A DNA stretch of 64,000 bases from Methanolinea sp. (GTDB lineage: Archaea > Halobacteriota > Methanomicrobia > Methanomicrobiales > Methanospirillaceae), in assembly GCA_025453675.1 (NCBI GenBank), contig JALOPW010000002.1, forward strand, positions 17,913 to 81,912. Direction: 5' to 3'. Shown in pieces: positions 8,987 through 19,005 of this stretch. Both the position numbers and the translations under genes were made by a program. Under the pieces are notes generated by a model. That model did no database searches, was not told the origin of the DNA, and worked only from the letters and a program-made list of their open reading frames with translations. Position 1 is the first letter of the stretch; each line of letters starts with the position of its first letter.

Positions 8987-9687
8987 ATATCTCAGTGGTG
9001 ATTCCCGCCTTCAACGAGGCTGCACACATCGTAGAATGCCTGGAGTCCCTGAACCGCCAGACACTCCCCCGGGATGAGTACGAGATCATCGTGGTGGATG
9101 GCGGTTCAAAAGACACTACCAGGGAACTCGCAGAACCGCTGGCAGACGTAGTCTTCATCCAGACCAGCAGGAAAGTGGGGGGTGCCCGGAATGACGGTGC
9201 CATGCGTGCCGGGAGCGCAATACTGGCCACCACTGATGCCGACTGCATCATACCCCGCAACTGGCTGGAGGTCATACTCAATGACTTTGATCGGAATCCT
9301 GACGTGGTGCAGCTCTTTGGGCCGGTTGATCCCATCGAGAAGACCATCAAGAACCACATCTCCCTTGGCATGGCGAACCATTTTGCACGGCTCGGCTATT
9401 ACACCCGCACACTCTATTACACGCTGGGGTGCAACACGGCCTTCCGGAAGGACGCGTTTCTTCGGGCAGGGATGTACCACTGCATCGATGCCGGTGATGA
9501 CCTGGAGATTGCCAGGCGCATGAAGCATGAGGGCCGTGTGATGTTCGACAGCAGGATGAGGGTGGAATTCTCCATGCGAAGGTACGAGCAGTTTGGGACA
9601 TTAGAGTCACTCTATGAATGGCTCTACATCGTGGCTCACGGGGGATCGTCCGAGAAGCACCAGTATACCCGCCGTGAGTACAAATGA
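8983..9687 (+). CDS. Glycosyltransferase family 2 (GT-A)
   Basis: ISVVIPAFNE, EIIVVDGGSKD, ARNDG, DAD motif. Confidence 0.9.
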   Translation: MNISVVIPAFNEAAHIVECLESLNRQTLPRDEYEIIVVDGGSKDTTRELAEPLADVVFIQTSRKVGGARNDGAMRAGSAILATTDADCIIPRNWLEVILNDFDRNPDVVQLFGPVDPIEKTIKNHISLGMANHFARLGYYTRTLYYTLGCNTAFRKDAFLRAGMYHCIDAGDDLEIARRMKHEGRVMFDSRMRVEFSMRRYEQFGTLESLYEWLYIVAHGGSSEKHQYTRREYK

Positions 9688-9735
9688 AGATATGTGGAAT
9701 GGTCGCACCATCTCTCTGCGAGTGAGGCGTGACAC

Positions 9736-10161
9736 GTGCCTGATACACGAGAGGGAAGTGGGCGCCTCTTTCCCGGAGAGACGCAATCCCGTATCCTGAA
9801 GTTTAACCAGTCAGAATATGCCCGGTTGCTCGGGTTGGAGATCCTTGATGCCCACCCGGGGTATGCCAGGGTAAGGATGGATGTCGCAGGGAAGAGAAAT
9901 CAGCACGGGAATGCCCATGGAGGGGCAGTGTTCTCGCTGGCAGACCAGGCATTCGGGATTGCTGCAAACCTGAGCGATGTAGAGGAAGTTGCCCTCTCGG
10001 CCCAGATCTGTTATTTGAGCCCTGCAGAAGGCACACTGATTGCCGTTGCCGAATGCCAGGGCGAGACCGGCCAGTTCTCCTGTTATATGGTAAAAGTCTA
10101 CAGGGAGAACGTGCTGGTGGCGACCTTTGAGGGCCAGGGGATCAAAAAAACCAGGGCATGA
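9736..10161 (+). CDS. PaaI-family hotdog-fold thioesterase
   Basis: N.HGNAHGGAVFSLADQAFG motif; start uncertain. Confidence 0.85.
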   Translation: MPDTREGSGRLFPGETQSRILKFNQSEYARLLGLEILDAHPGYARVRMDVAGKRNQHGNAHGGAVFSLADQAFGIAANLSDVEEVALSAQICYLSPAEGTLIAVAECQGETGQFSCYMVKVYRENVLVATFEGQGIKKTRA

Positions 10162-10350
10162 GGAATTCACCATTCCGATAACCCGTTGATCTGTCGATGT
10201 CATGTGGTGGCCATTCTGGAATTCACGAGGGGTTCACCTGGGATCTGGTGGGGGGTCAGGGGGCTAAAGTCATATTTTCACGCAATGTGACCGGTGCGTG
10301 AGATATACCAGAGGGGTGTCCTCCGCCCCCTTGGCTTTCGGAAAAAAAGA

Positions 10351-10842
10351 TTAGTTGTAGCTCCTGAATGCCAGGGACTGGTCATATATCCTGTACCGTT
10401 CACCGTTGACCAGGTTGATGAAGACCTCAACCCGATCGGTTCCCCGGGTCCCTTCTACCTCGAGGATGGAGTTCACCTGCGGCCTCTCCAGGCTCTTGGA
10501 GATCACCTGGCCGTCGGAACGGGTGACCATTACATCCATTGAGTATACGAAATTGGTGCCTTTTCCTCCCCGGTATGTCGCAATAATGGTGGGAGTGATG
10601 GCAACAGTGTTTCGGACCACCTGGACATCTACCATGTACTGGGCAGGCAGCGGGCCTTCGATGTATCCGAGGGTGGGGGTCACCACCGGGGTGGCCACGG
10701 TCGGGGGGATGGTTGGCTGGGCCGTGGTGGGTACAGGTGTCGGTACCTGCGTGGCCGGCCCGCTGGATGGCTGGGTGCATCCGGCGCCGAGGACGAGCAG
10801 TCCTGCGAACATACAGAGCACCAGAAAAACAAGTGACTTCAT
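10351..10842 (-). CDS. Hypothetical lipoprotein-like exported protein with Pro/Thr linker
   Basis: Hydrophobic leader ending in AGC, PT-rich spacer, compact C-terminal domain. Confidence 0.7.
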   Translation of the reverse strand: MKSLVFLVLCMFAGLLVLGAGCTQPSSGPATQVPTPVPTTAQPTIPPTVATPVVTPTLGYIEGPLPAQYMVDVQVVRNTVAITPTIIATYRGGKGTNFVYSMDVMVTRSDGQVISKSLERPQVNSILEVEGTRGTDRVEVFINLVNGERYRIYDQSLAFRSYN

Positions 10843-11053
10843 GGGTAGAATTTCATCCCGAAATTATAAGAGCCTTCTGAGGGCCACTTACCCTACTGTA
10901 GTATGATTATTCAAAATAATTCGGTATAGAACGCATTCCCATGGAAACCGGATATGATACAGGCGGATATATATGCTATACTCCTGATACGGTGCCCATC
11001 ACCTTACCGAATCACGCGGAATATGATAAAACGTAGATTATTTCTCATTCCTG

Positions 11054-11506
11054 GTGAATCTCCTGAATATGCAGGAAATTGACCGTGTGGTATCCGGATT
11101 ATACCGGTGTATCAGTTTCAGACGGGGAGAGATTCCTCGATTGGAGGATCTGGAACATCTTTTCATACCCGGGGGATTGCTGGTTAACAATAATGGAGAT
11201 TATCCACGTATCTTCACGGTTGAACAGTTCACCAGTGCTGTCCGGGAACAGGTGGAGAGCGGAAACCTCGCTGAATTTGAAGAGAGGGAAGTCTGGTCAC
11301 GCACAGAAGTATTTGGGAAAATTGCCCAGCGATTCAGCACCTATGAAGCAAGATTTACGAGCCATGACCCGGAACCGTCTTCAACAGGGATCAACAGCAT
11401 TCAACTGATGAAAATGGGGAATGACTGGCTGGTGGTATCTGTAATCTGGAACGATCAGACGGAGACGATGAGAATCCCCTTGAAATACCTGCCGAATGGC
11501 GGGTGA
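11054..11506 (+). CDS. Hypothetical protein, probable NTF2-like fold
   Basis: 150-aa ORF, F.E.E...TEVFGKIAQRFSTYE...GINSIQL...W.VVSVIW pattern; start may be ATG 11069. Confidence 0.6.
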   Translation: MNLLNMQEIDRVVSGLYRCISFRRGEIPRLEDLEHLFIPGGLLVNNNGDYPRIFTVEQFTSAVREQVESGNLAEFEEREVWSRTEVFGKIAQRFSTYEARFTSHDPEPSSTGINSIQLMKMGNDWLVVSVIWNDQTETMRIPLKYLPNGG

Positions 11507-11692
11507 CTCCCCATAGGAACCTGCCCTCTTCGAGATTTCACTGTGCAACAGTGCGGGGTGTGTTACCAATACCTCTTCATCCCCGGGTGAAAAAAGGTTC
11601 CGGCACTTACACGGGCAGGATTTGCTTCTTCGCGTGAACCGGCGTGGCCAAAACCATCCCGTTTATAAGGTACCATGCAATAACGATGGTTC

Positions 11693-12661
11693 ATGCGACA
11701 AGGATTGCCCTTTATTGCCATACTCATCTTCCTCATCGTTGCAGCTGGATGCACGACCACCGCACCCCAGACAGGACAGCCCACCACGACACCGGCTTCA
11801 ACAACAGAAGTGCCCCCGGTGGTTCCCACTGGCACTGCATCCCCGGATCACCGGTATCCCTCAACTTCGCTTGAGATCAAGGAATACGTAGACCATGCTG
11901 CATCCTGGGCAGAGAAGAGCGGCAGACACACAGCCCTCGCCGCGTTCAATAATGCGTCCGGTCCGTATGTGACCGGCGACGTCTATATCTATGCCCTTGA
12001 TTATTCGGGCATTGCGCTCGCCCTTCCCTTCCAGCCCGGCATGGTCGGCACGGACTTCCGTCCGCTGAAGGACGCCACCGGAAAACCCTACACGGATATC
12101 GAGATCCAGCTGGCACAGAGCGGTGGAGGGTATATCCTCTACCGTTACCCGTACCCGGCGGCGAATGGCACGAGTACTCTCAAGATCAGCTACGTTCGGC
12201 CGGTTGACGACACCTACTGGATTGGGGCCGGCGTATATACCCGTGAAGATCTTCTCATCGATCAGGAGCTCCTCCAGTTTGTCGGCGACGCCAGGGCATA
12301 TGCACTGGCACAGGGCAGGGAGAAGGCGCTTGCCGTGTTCAATGACCAGAGCGGCCCGTTCTTGAGCGGGGATCTCTACATATTCGCCTACGATTACAAC
12401 GGGACGACGTTATCATGGCCGTATCACCCCGACCAGATCGGTGTGAACCGGTTCGATGCGACCGACCCGGTGGGCACCTATCACATACAGGAGATGATTA
12501 CCACGGCAAAAGGCGGCGGGGGGATGGTCGATTACTACTCGACAAACCCGGTCACCAACAGGACCGACCTCAAGATCAGCTACGTGACGGATGTCGACGG
12601 GACCTGGTTGCTCGGGGCCGGCCGGTACATCGAGCCGGGGCCGATGATCCTCCGGGCATGA
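11693..12661 (+). CDS. Lipoprotein with two tandem Cache (sCache_2-like) ligand-binding domains
   Basis: AAGC lipobox-like site, T/P linker, two repeats of YI.A.DY.G..L..P...G....D..G...GGG...Y...KISYV..VD.TW..GAG.Y. Confidence 0.8.
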   Translation: MRQGLPFIAILIFLIVAAGCTTTAPQTGQPTTTPASTTEVPPVVPTGTASPDHRYPSTSLEIKEYVDHAASWAEKSGRHTALAAFNNASGPYVTGDVYIYALDYSGIALALPFQPGMVGTDFRPLKDATGKPYTDIEIQLAQSGGGYILYRYPYPAANGTSTLKISYVRPVDDTYWIGAGVYTREDLLIDQELLQFVGDARAYALAQGREKALAVFNDQSGPFLSGDLYIFAYDYNGTTLSWPYHPDQIGVNRFDATDPVGTYHIQEMITTAKGGGGMVDYYSTNPVTNRTDLKISYVTDVDGTWLLGAGRYIEPGPMILRA

Positions 12662-12719
12662 GACGGGACACCCCGGGTTATCCATGGTGAGAGGGTACGG
12701 GGGCCAGGTTCACCCCCGG

Positions 12720-13060
12720 TCACTCTCGTCCCGCCGGAAACCGCACGTTCCCGGGCGCTGGGCCAAAAGACGGGTGCAACGGTGGTCCGGATCAAGCCCC
12801 TTGCCGATCCGGGCCCAAAAACAGGCATGAAGGGGATGAAGGCATTTCTTGCGATGAATGAGGAGATCAAGCCCGTTCAGGTAGACTCATCTGAAACAGA
12901 CCACTTCATGATGGCGACTCCCGTCTGGTCGCACAATAACTCCCCTATACCCGGCAGTACCTCTCAGGTCTTTCCCATTGCACCGGGGATAAAAGTCCCG
13001 GGACCGCACAATCGATTCCATGGGAACGAGAACAGTGTTGCAAACCGGATACCCTCATGA
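12720..13060 (+). pseudogene. Degraded flavodoxin-like gene remnant
   Basis: ...KTGATVVRIKP...KGMKAF...IKP...D.....ATPVW resembles archaeal flavodoxins; no intact N-terminal motif and C-terminus diverges. Confidence 0.4.
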
Positions 13061-13131
13061 TGACTGCCACTCCGTTCACAGTCAAAGGAACATTAAAACG
13101 GACGGCCGCGAAACCAGTGTCCTGATCTAAA

Positions 13132-13854
13132 ATGCAACATAAATTCACGATTTTTATCGCGGTCCTTCTTATCCTCGCCACATCGGCGATCGGGACCGCG
13201 TACGCAGACAACACAGATACGGACAACACCATCGTGGCATCGGGAACCGGATCCGTCATCGGAACACCAGACCGTGCCCAGATCTCTCTCGCGGTCGAGA
13301 CCGAGAACCCCAACGTCCGGGCAGCCCAGGCAGAGAATGCCGCCCGCATGACGAAAGTGATGGACGCCCTGATCGCTGCCGGTATCCCAAAGGAGTCTTT
13401 CAAAACAACGGGATATTACATCTACCCGGTCTACGAGGACTCGAAACTCTACGGCCTGCAGAAGGTCAAGACCTACCGCGTGACGAACACCCTGACCGTC
13501 ACGCTCCATGATGTCTCCCGGACCGGCGAGGTGATCGATATCGGGGTCGCGAACGGGATCAACCAGGCGAGTTCTATCCAGTTCCTCCTCTCGGACGAGC
13601 AGTCCCAGGTGCTCCGGACCGAAGCACTGAAAGAGGCCACCGAGAGGGCTGCTGCGGATGCACGGACGGTCGCCGATGCACTTGGCGTCAGCATCAAATC
13701 GGTAAAGACTGCCCAGATCAGCGCCGGCTACACCCCTGCCCGGTTCCAGAACTACGCAATGGAGGATGCGATGGCCAGCGGAGTATCGACGCCGATCGAG
13801 GCCGGCGAGGTTACGGTGACCGCAACGGTCACGGTGACGTACCTGATCGGGTGA
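13132..13854 (+). CDS. SIMPL (DUF541) domain exported protein
   Basis: Signal peptide; G.GSV...PDRAQISLAVET, AQAENA, Y.VTNTL.V, A...A..LG, TPIEAGE..VTATV.V.Y. Confidence 0.9.
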   Translation: MQHKFTIFIAVLLILATSAIGTAYADNTDTDNTIVASGTGSVIGTPDRAQISLAVETENPNVRAAQAENAARMTKVMDALIAAGIPKESFKTTGYYIYPVYEDSKLYGLQKVKTYRVTNTLTVTLHDVSRTGEVIDIGVANGINQASSIQFLLSDEQSQVLRTEALKEATERAAADARTVADALGVSIKSVKTAQISAGYTPARFQNYAMEDAMASGVSTPIEAGEVTVTATVTVTYLIG

Positions 13855-13955
13855 TACTCGCGCCGGGACTTCGGGAAAAAGGGGGACCAGGCGATCGGAA
13901 ATGCCGAACGTCACCCTTTTCCCGGAGGGGCCCTAAAAATCTCTCAGGTACCTTC

Positions 13956-14765
13956 ATGAAGACCCTCCTCTACTACTTCACCGGGACAGGTAACTCACTC
14001 GCTGTTGCAAAGGGACTCTGCAGCCGGCTCGGGGACTGCGAACTCGAACCCATTGCGTCTGCAGTGAGGACTCCCGGCCCGATTGTCCCGGCGGCAGACC
14101 GGATCGGGATCGTCAGCCCCCTCTATTTCTATGGCCTTCCCTCCATTGTCGCAGATTTCTCCCGTCGTCTCGACCTCGCGAAAGTAAGGTATGCATTTGC
14201 AGTCATCACCATGGGAGGGGCAGGAGGATCAGCTGCCCTGCGCCAGATCGATGGGATCCTGAATGACGGGCCCGGCAGGAGGGGGATCGATGCCGGATTT
14301 TCCGTGAGAATGCCGGGAAATTACCTCATGATGTACGGGGCCCTGAAGGAGGGCAGGAGAGAAAGGACTCTCAAGGGAGCCGACCGTCGCGTGGAAGAGA
14401 TTGCGAGGATGGTGAATGGAGGGGTCCGTAAAAAGCCTTCATGGTCGCCCTTCGCTTCTCTCATCCAAGGCCTGATGTATCCGAGGTTCATCGCCGGGGT
14501 GCATGATGCCGACAGGAAATTTACCGTCGACGACCGGTGCACTGCCTGCGGGACCTGTGCCGCGGTCTGCCCGGTGGAGAACATCCATCTCGTGGAAGGA
14601 CGCCCGACCTGGCTCCACCGCTGCGAGCAGTGCATGGCCTGCATCCAGCTCTGTCCGACCAGGGCTATCCAGGCAGGACCGAAGACAGAGGGGAGGGAGA
14701 GGTACCGGCACCCTGGGATCGAGATCGGGATGCTGAAAGAGCAGGGTGGCAGGGGGAAAGGATAA
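13956..14765 (+). CDS. EFR1-family flavodoxin-ferredoxin fusion
   Basis: YYFTGTGNS flavodoxin motif, MPGNY, two CxxCxxCxxxCP 4Fe-4S motifs; start ATG 13956. Confidence 0.85.
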   Translation: MKTLLYYFTGTGNSLAVAKGLCSRLGDCELEPIASAVRTPGPIVPAADRIGIVSPLYFYGLPSIVADFSRRLDLAKVRYAFAVITMGGAGGSAALRQIDGILNDGPGRRGIDAGFSVRMPGNYLMMYGALKEGRRERTLKGADRRVEEIARMVNGGVRKKPSWSPFASLIQGLMYPRFIAGVHDADRKFTVDDRCTACGTCAAVCPVENIHLVEGRPTWLHRCEQCMACIQLCPTRAIQAGPKTEGRERYRHPGIEIGMLKEQGGRGKG

Positions 14766-14914
14766 AAGGGACTTCATCCTTTTACAATCCCTTTCCGGGG
14801 TCCTGATCAGACGACTCCATCCTGGTATAAGGTGAATCCCAGGCTGCAACCACCAGGACCCCAGATACCAGGCCATTGCCAACACACTCCTATTGAGCCC
14901 CACCATTCCCCATT

Positions 14915-15607
14915 TCAACTGTTTTTTCTCCATTTCACCTGTGAAATGGAGATTGTTGGAGTAATGAAGAAGAGTACCGATACGAGGATGTAACCGACTA
15001 CCGCGATCGTTGGGAATATGAATCCGCAAATCAGCGTCCCTAATATGATGTAGTCGCCATATTGCTGCTTGTGCTGAAGGGCGGCAAGCTCCTCTCCGGC
15101 AGTCTCATCGAGGAGCATCCCCGGGGTCCTGATTGCTGTTTTCATGATGGTATTGATCGCTACAGATACGGCCAGGAGGCCGAGACCGTAAATCGTGATG
15201 GGAATGGTGAAATTGGATCTTGCGATTGCGTTCACCGCCAGCAACCAGGCTACGGGATCTAATCCCCCAAACACCGGGAACGGTGGAGGATTCGAGAGGT
15301 AAAAGGACATGAGTTTCGTCGTGAAGGGAATGAGCGACACGAAAAAAAGCATGAAGAGGGTAAGGCGGTATGAAAAGGGGGTTTCCTGCTTTATCAGGGC
15401 AGTAATGGACGAATGAGATATCCAGACACTGCCAACGAATGCAAAACTGATGATGTACGCGAGGAAAACAGGCCATTGTCTCACAAGGGCTGTTACCAGG
15501 TTTTCATTGACAGCAGGTATCGAGAGATCGAGCACAAGCAGCGTGATCACAATCGCAAATACTCCATCAGCAAATGCATCCAGCCTACCCTTGGGCAGAA
15601 AGTCCAT
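14915..15607 (-). CDS. TMEM175-family (DUF1211) potassium channel
   Basis: KGRLDAFADGVFAIVITLLVL, Y..SF..V...W..H, LIPFTT. Confidence 0.85.
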   Translation of the reverse strand: MDFLPKGRLDAFADGVFAIVITLLVLDLSIPAVNENLVTALVRQWPVFLAYIISFAFVGSVWISHSSITALIKQETPFSYRLTLFMLFFVSLIPFTTKLMSFYLSNPPPFPVFGGLDPVAWLLAVNAIARSNFTIPITIYGLGLLAVSVAINTIMKTAIRTPGMLLDETAGEELAALQHKQQYGDYIILGTLICGFIFPTIAVVGYILVSVLFFITPTISISQVKWRKNS

Positions 15608-15783
15608 TGTGTCATCCTCTATTGCTTTTTCGTGTATTGAGGTAGAGCGGCAAACTGCCACCAACATCTATTCCCAACAGATTGAAATACGTCGTGTCTT
15701 CGCTATATCGCTTTCCTTTCTCTGCAATGTGCGAAAGTACGGCAGGGAGGATGAAATGAAAAACCAACGAGAAAAAGCCGTCA

Positions 15784-15868
15784 CGCCGAGGGGGAGATTT
15801 GAACTCCCGAGGCGCAGAGCGCCAGTAGCTTTCGAGGCTACCGCCTTTCCGGACTAGACTACCTCGGC
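15784..15868 (-). tRNA. tRNA-Ser(CGA), long variable arm, no intron, CCA not encoded
   Basis: Revcomp GCCGAGG...GTAGC-CT-CGA-AA-GCTAC-T-GGCGC-TCT-GCGCC...GGGAGTTCAAATCTCCC-CCTCGGC-G. Confidence 0.95.
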
Positions 15869-15911
15869 ACGGGGTAGATATTTTTCTTTCGCGTTCGTAT
15901 AATCCTATCGA

Positions 15912-16121
15912 ATGGGAGTGAAGTGCCGTTTTCTCCTGGAGCCCGAAGGGAAGACCATCGACTACGAGGGAGCGGACGGTGCGACCTACGAGGACGCCCT
16001 GCTCTCTTTAGGAATCAGCCCGGATATCGTGCTCATCCTGCATGAGGGGATCAGCCTGCCCCAGGACAAGCCTATCGAGGAGAGCGAAGTGGTGATCGTC
16101 TCCACCTGCTCGAGAGGATGA
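15912..16121 (+). CDS. Ubiquitin-like (ThiS/MoaD/SAMP2-like) small protein
   Basis: 69 aa, T..D.L..LGI.PD.V.....G...P.D..I beta-grasp pattern; ends SRG. Confidence 0.65.
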   Translation: MGVKCRFLLEPEGKTIDYEGADGATYEDALLSLGISPDIVLILHEGISLPQDKPIEESEVVIVSTCSRG

Positions 16122-16204
16122 CCAAAGAGCAGGAGAAGATTTGGAAAGGCCGGATCAGGTAAAAGAGAAGTTTCCGGAAAAAGTGCGGAAAAAAGGTATT
16201 GATT

Positions 16205-17818
16205 TCAGCCCATCGGGGGCATGCCTGCGGGAGCGCCGGCAGGAGCACCACCCTCGCGGGTGACCATCATGTCGTCCACCCGGAGGAGCATGATGGCAGC
16301 CTCGGTCGCGCTCTGGATGGCCTGTCGCTTGGAGCGCTGCGGTTCGACCACGCCCTCCTTGAGCATGTCTACGATCTTTCCATTGTAGACATTCAGGCCG
16401 GCGTTCTTGTGCTTCCTGGCATGGGCATTCTTCAGGTCGACCAGCTTGTCAACCGGGTTGTACCCGGAGTTCTCTGCCAGGGTGACGGGAATGACTTCGA
16501 ATGCACTGGCATAGGCCTCGATGGCCAGCTGCACGCGGCCTCCCACGTGTTCGGCATAGTCCCTGACTTTCATCAGGATCTCGGTCTCGACCGCACCGCC
16601 GCCGACCACGAGCTTCCGGTCTTCCATGGCGTCCATGACCACCCGTGTCCCGTCAACGACCGCCCGCTCGAGTTCGTCGAGCAGGTAGTCGGTGGAGCCA
16701 CGCAGAAGGATAGTCACGGTTTTCGGGTTGTCACAACCGGATATCTTGATGAACTCCGCATCTTCGATCTCCTCCACGAGCTCGGCCCGGCCCAGCGTCT
16801 CGGGCGAGAGCTCATCTACCTTGCTCGCAATCTGGGCATTCAGCGCCCTTGCAGCGAACTTCATGTCCTTCTCGGGGATGTCTTCAACGGCCAGAACCCC
16901 GCCCTTTGCGAGGTAGAAGGAGACTGCATCCGCGAGGCCTTTCTGGCAGAGGAGCACGTTCGCCCCGCTCTCGATGACCTTGTCGGCGAACTTTTTCAAG
17001 GCCTCTCTCTCCTGGGCGGAGAAGGCGCTGACCATGTCGCTCGAGCTGATGTGGATCTTGGCCTTGACCTGGGTCTTCTTGATCTCCATGGGGCTGGAGA
17101 TCAGGGCTACCCTCGCATCCTTGATCTTGCGGGGCATGTCCTCGCTGATCCGGGTCTTGTCTATCACCACGCCGCGGACGAGTTCGGCATCGTCCATGGT
17201 GTGCCCGGCCTGCTTCTTGATCAGGACGTTGTCCTCGTCGGCGATGACCTTTTTGCCCTCTTTCTCGGCTATGGTCATCACCGCATCGACCGCGATCCCG
17301 TTCAGTTTATGCTTCACTGACTCGATCGACTTGCCGGTCATTGCGGTATCGGCGATCTTGATCAGATTATCCCTGTCATAGGAATCGATGTCGATGGCGA
17401 GGTCATCCAGTATCTCCAGGGCCTTCTTCATGCCGAGGCGGTACCCCTCCGCGATCACGGTAGGGTGGATCTTCCTCTCGATCAACAGCTCGGCCTTCTC
17501 CATGAACGAGCCCACGAGGACCACGGCGGTGGTGGTGCCGTCCCCTACCTCTTCGTCCTGCGCCCTGGCCACCTCGATAACCATCTTTGCGCCAGGGTGT
17601 TGGACGGAGATCTCCTGGAGGATAGTCGCCCCGTCGTTGGTGATCGTCACATCACCTGTACCTTCCACGAGCATCTTGTCCATACCGCGGGGGCCAAGCG
17701 TCGTCCTGACCGCTCCGGCAATGGCTTTTGCAGCCGCGATATTTGAGCGCTGGGCTTCAAGGCCCCTGTTCCGCTCCACGTTCTCCTTGAGAATGATGAT
17801 TGGTTGTCCTCCAAGCAT
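16205..17818 (-). CDS. Thermosome (group II chaperonin) subunit
   Basis: [30 protein letters not shown]; Gly/Met-rich tail. Confidence 0.97.
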   Translation of the reverse strand: MLGGQPIIILKENVERNRGLEAQRSNIAAAKAIAGAVRTTLGPRGMDKMLVEGTGDVTITNDGATILQEISVQHPGAKMVIEVARAQDEEVGDGTTTAVVLVGSFMEKAELLIERKIHPTVIAEGYRLGMKKALEILDDLAIDIDSYDRDNLIKIADTAMTGKSIESVKHKLNGIAVDAVMTIAEKEGKKVIADEDNVLIKKQAGHTMDDAELVRGVVIDKTRISEDMPRKIKDARVALISSPMEIKKTQVKAKIHISSSDMVSAFSAQEREALKKFADKVIESGANVLLCQKGLADAVSFYLAKGGVLAVEDIPEKDMKFAARALNAQIASKVDELSPETLGRAELVEEIEDAEFIKISGCDNPKTVTILLRGSTDYLLDELERAVVDGTRVVMDAMEDRKLVVGGGAVETEILMKVRDYAEHVGGRVQLAIEAYASAFEVIPVTLAENSGYNPVDKLVDLKNAHARKHKNAGLNVYNGKIVDMLKEGVVEPQRSKRQAIQSATEAAIMLLRVDDMMVTREGGAPAGAPAGMPPMG

Positions 17819-17901
17819 AGCGATTCCTCCGATGTTGTAAAAGATGGAATTAAACTTCTATATAAACCAATCTATTTTTCAATGGAAAAATGGAAGGGTT
17901 A

Positions 17902-18522
17902 TCAATCAATGCGGGATATTTTAAAGAGGGAATAGACCGGAACCCCATCCACGTCCCGGAGGCCGCGCTTGTCAAAGATCACCCAGATAGCCACAGGATT
18001 CGCCCCGTGCCTGCGCAGGTACTTGATCACGTCCTGCATAGTGTTCCCGGAGGTGATGACGTCATCCACGATGATGCACTTCTCCCCTGTCACCGGTGAG
18101 AAATTCCCGCTGATGGACCCGACAGGGGGGTCCTGTGTGCTGTGCTTGGCCGGGTGGTAGATGGCGAGCTTGATATCCTCCTCGACGGCGATCAGGGTTG
18201 CAAGGGGGATCCCGGAGATGGCGATTCCTACCACCAGGGTGGGAAAACGATCAGAGGTTCCCTCCTCCTTCTCCTCCCTGTCTAGGGCTGTATAGTACCG
18301 CTTCAGGAGCATCATGGCCATGCCGTCGAGCATGGGGCCCTGGCCGCTGACAGCGGTCCAGTCGATGTGCACGTCCTTCGGGATGGCCGCCCCCTTCTGC
18401 TGGGTGAGGAGCCAGGTCACGGTCTCCATGGAGAGAGAGAGTTCATCGGCTATCTGCCCGGGGCTGTGACCTTCCGAGAGGAGCATTCTGGCTTTCTGGA
18501 TCAGCTCGTCGAGCGACGACAT
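17902..18522 (-). CDS. gfcR: HTH plus orotate-phosphoribosyltransferase-like regulator (GfcR family)
   Basis: N-terminal HTH ([17 protein letters not shown]), PRPP motif [12 protein letters not shown]. Confidence 0.75.
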   Translation of the reverse strand: MSSLDELIQKARMLLSEGHSPGQIADELSLSMETVTWLLTQQKGAAIPKDVHIDWTAVSGQGPMLDGMAMMLLKRYYTALDREEKEEGTSDRFPTLVVGIAISGIPLATLIAVEEDIKLAIYHPAKHSTQDPPVGSISGNFSPVTGEKCIIVDDVITSGNTMQDVIKYLRRHGANPVAIWVIFDKRGLRDVDGVPVYSLFKISRID

Positions 18523-18543
18523 GGTGAAAAAGTGTGCACCTAT

Positions 18544-19005
18544 CTACTTAATGGTTCTTTTTGGCATGGCACCACAGACCGGGCACTCACCAGGGCCGTC
18601 GGTATACCGCCCGCACCCAGGACACCGGAACCTCCAAATCCTCTTCCTTGCTCTCCTCTGCTGGAGCGGGCACACCATAAGACCGAGGTGCTGGGCAACG
18701 TTCTGGAGGGCAAAATCATCGGAGACCACCTCTGCTGTGATCTCCAGTGCAAGCGCCAGGAGCTCACGGTCAGCGGGGGAGAGCACCCCCTCATCCCCAC
18801 TCCCGGCAGAGACCTGCGTCACTTTCCGGAGGGAGTCGCGGCCGGGTGCAACCACCCGCATCCCGGCGGCAGAGAGGGCCTCGAACCGGCACCGGGACCG
18901 GGTATCGGCAAGTTCGTCCACCACCAGGGGCGTGGTGAAGATCTCCCCCTCCAGCGGTATCTCCAGGAAGAAGGCTGTTGCGTCAAGTACCCGCCGCACG
19001 GACAA
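18544..19005 (-). CDS. nob1: NOB1-family PIN endonuclease with Zn ribbon
   Basis: VLDATAF, LSPADRELLALA, SDDFALQNVA, CPGC...CPVCG. Confidence 0.9.
   Translation of the reverse strand: MSVRRVLDATAFFLEIPLEGEIFTTPLVVDELADTRSRCRFEALSAAGMRVVAPGRDSLRKVTQVSAGSGDEGVLSPADRELLALALEITAEVVSDDFALQNVAQHLGLMVCPLQQRRARKRIWRFRCPGCGRYTDGPGECPVCGAMPKRTIK

Noticed and set aside
15784..15810. Integrated element with att site at tRNA-Ser
   Set aside because: No duplicated tRNA 3' end or integrase was seen in the window.
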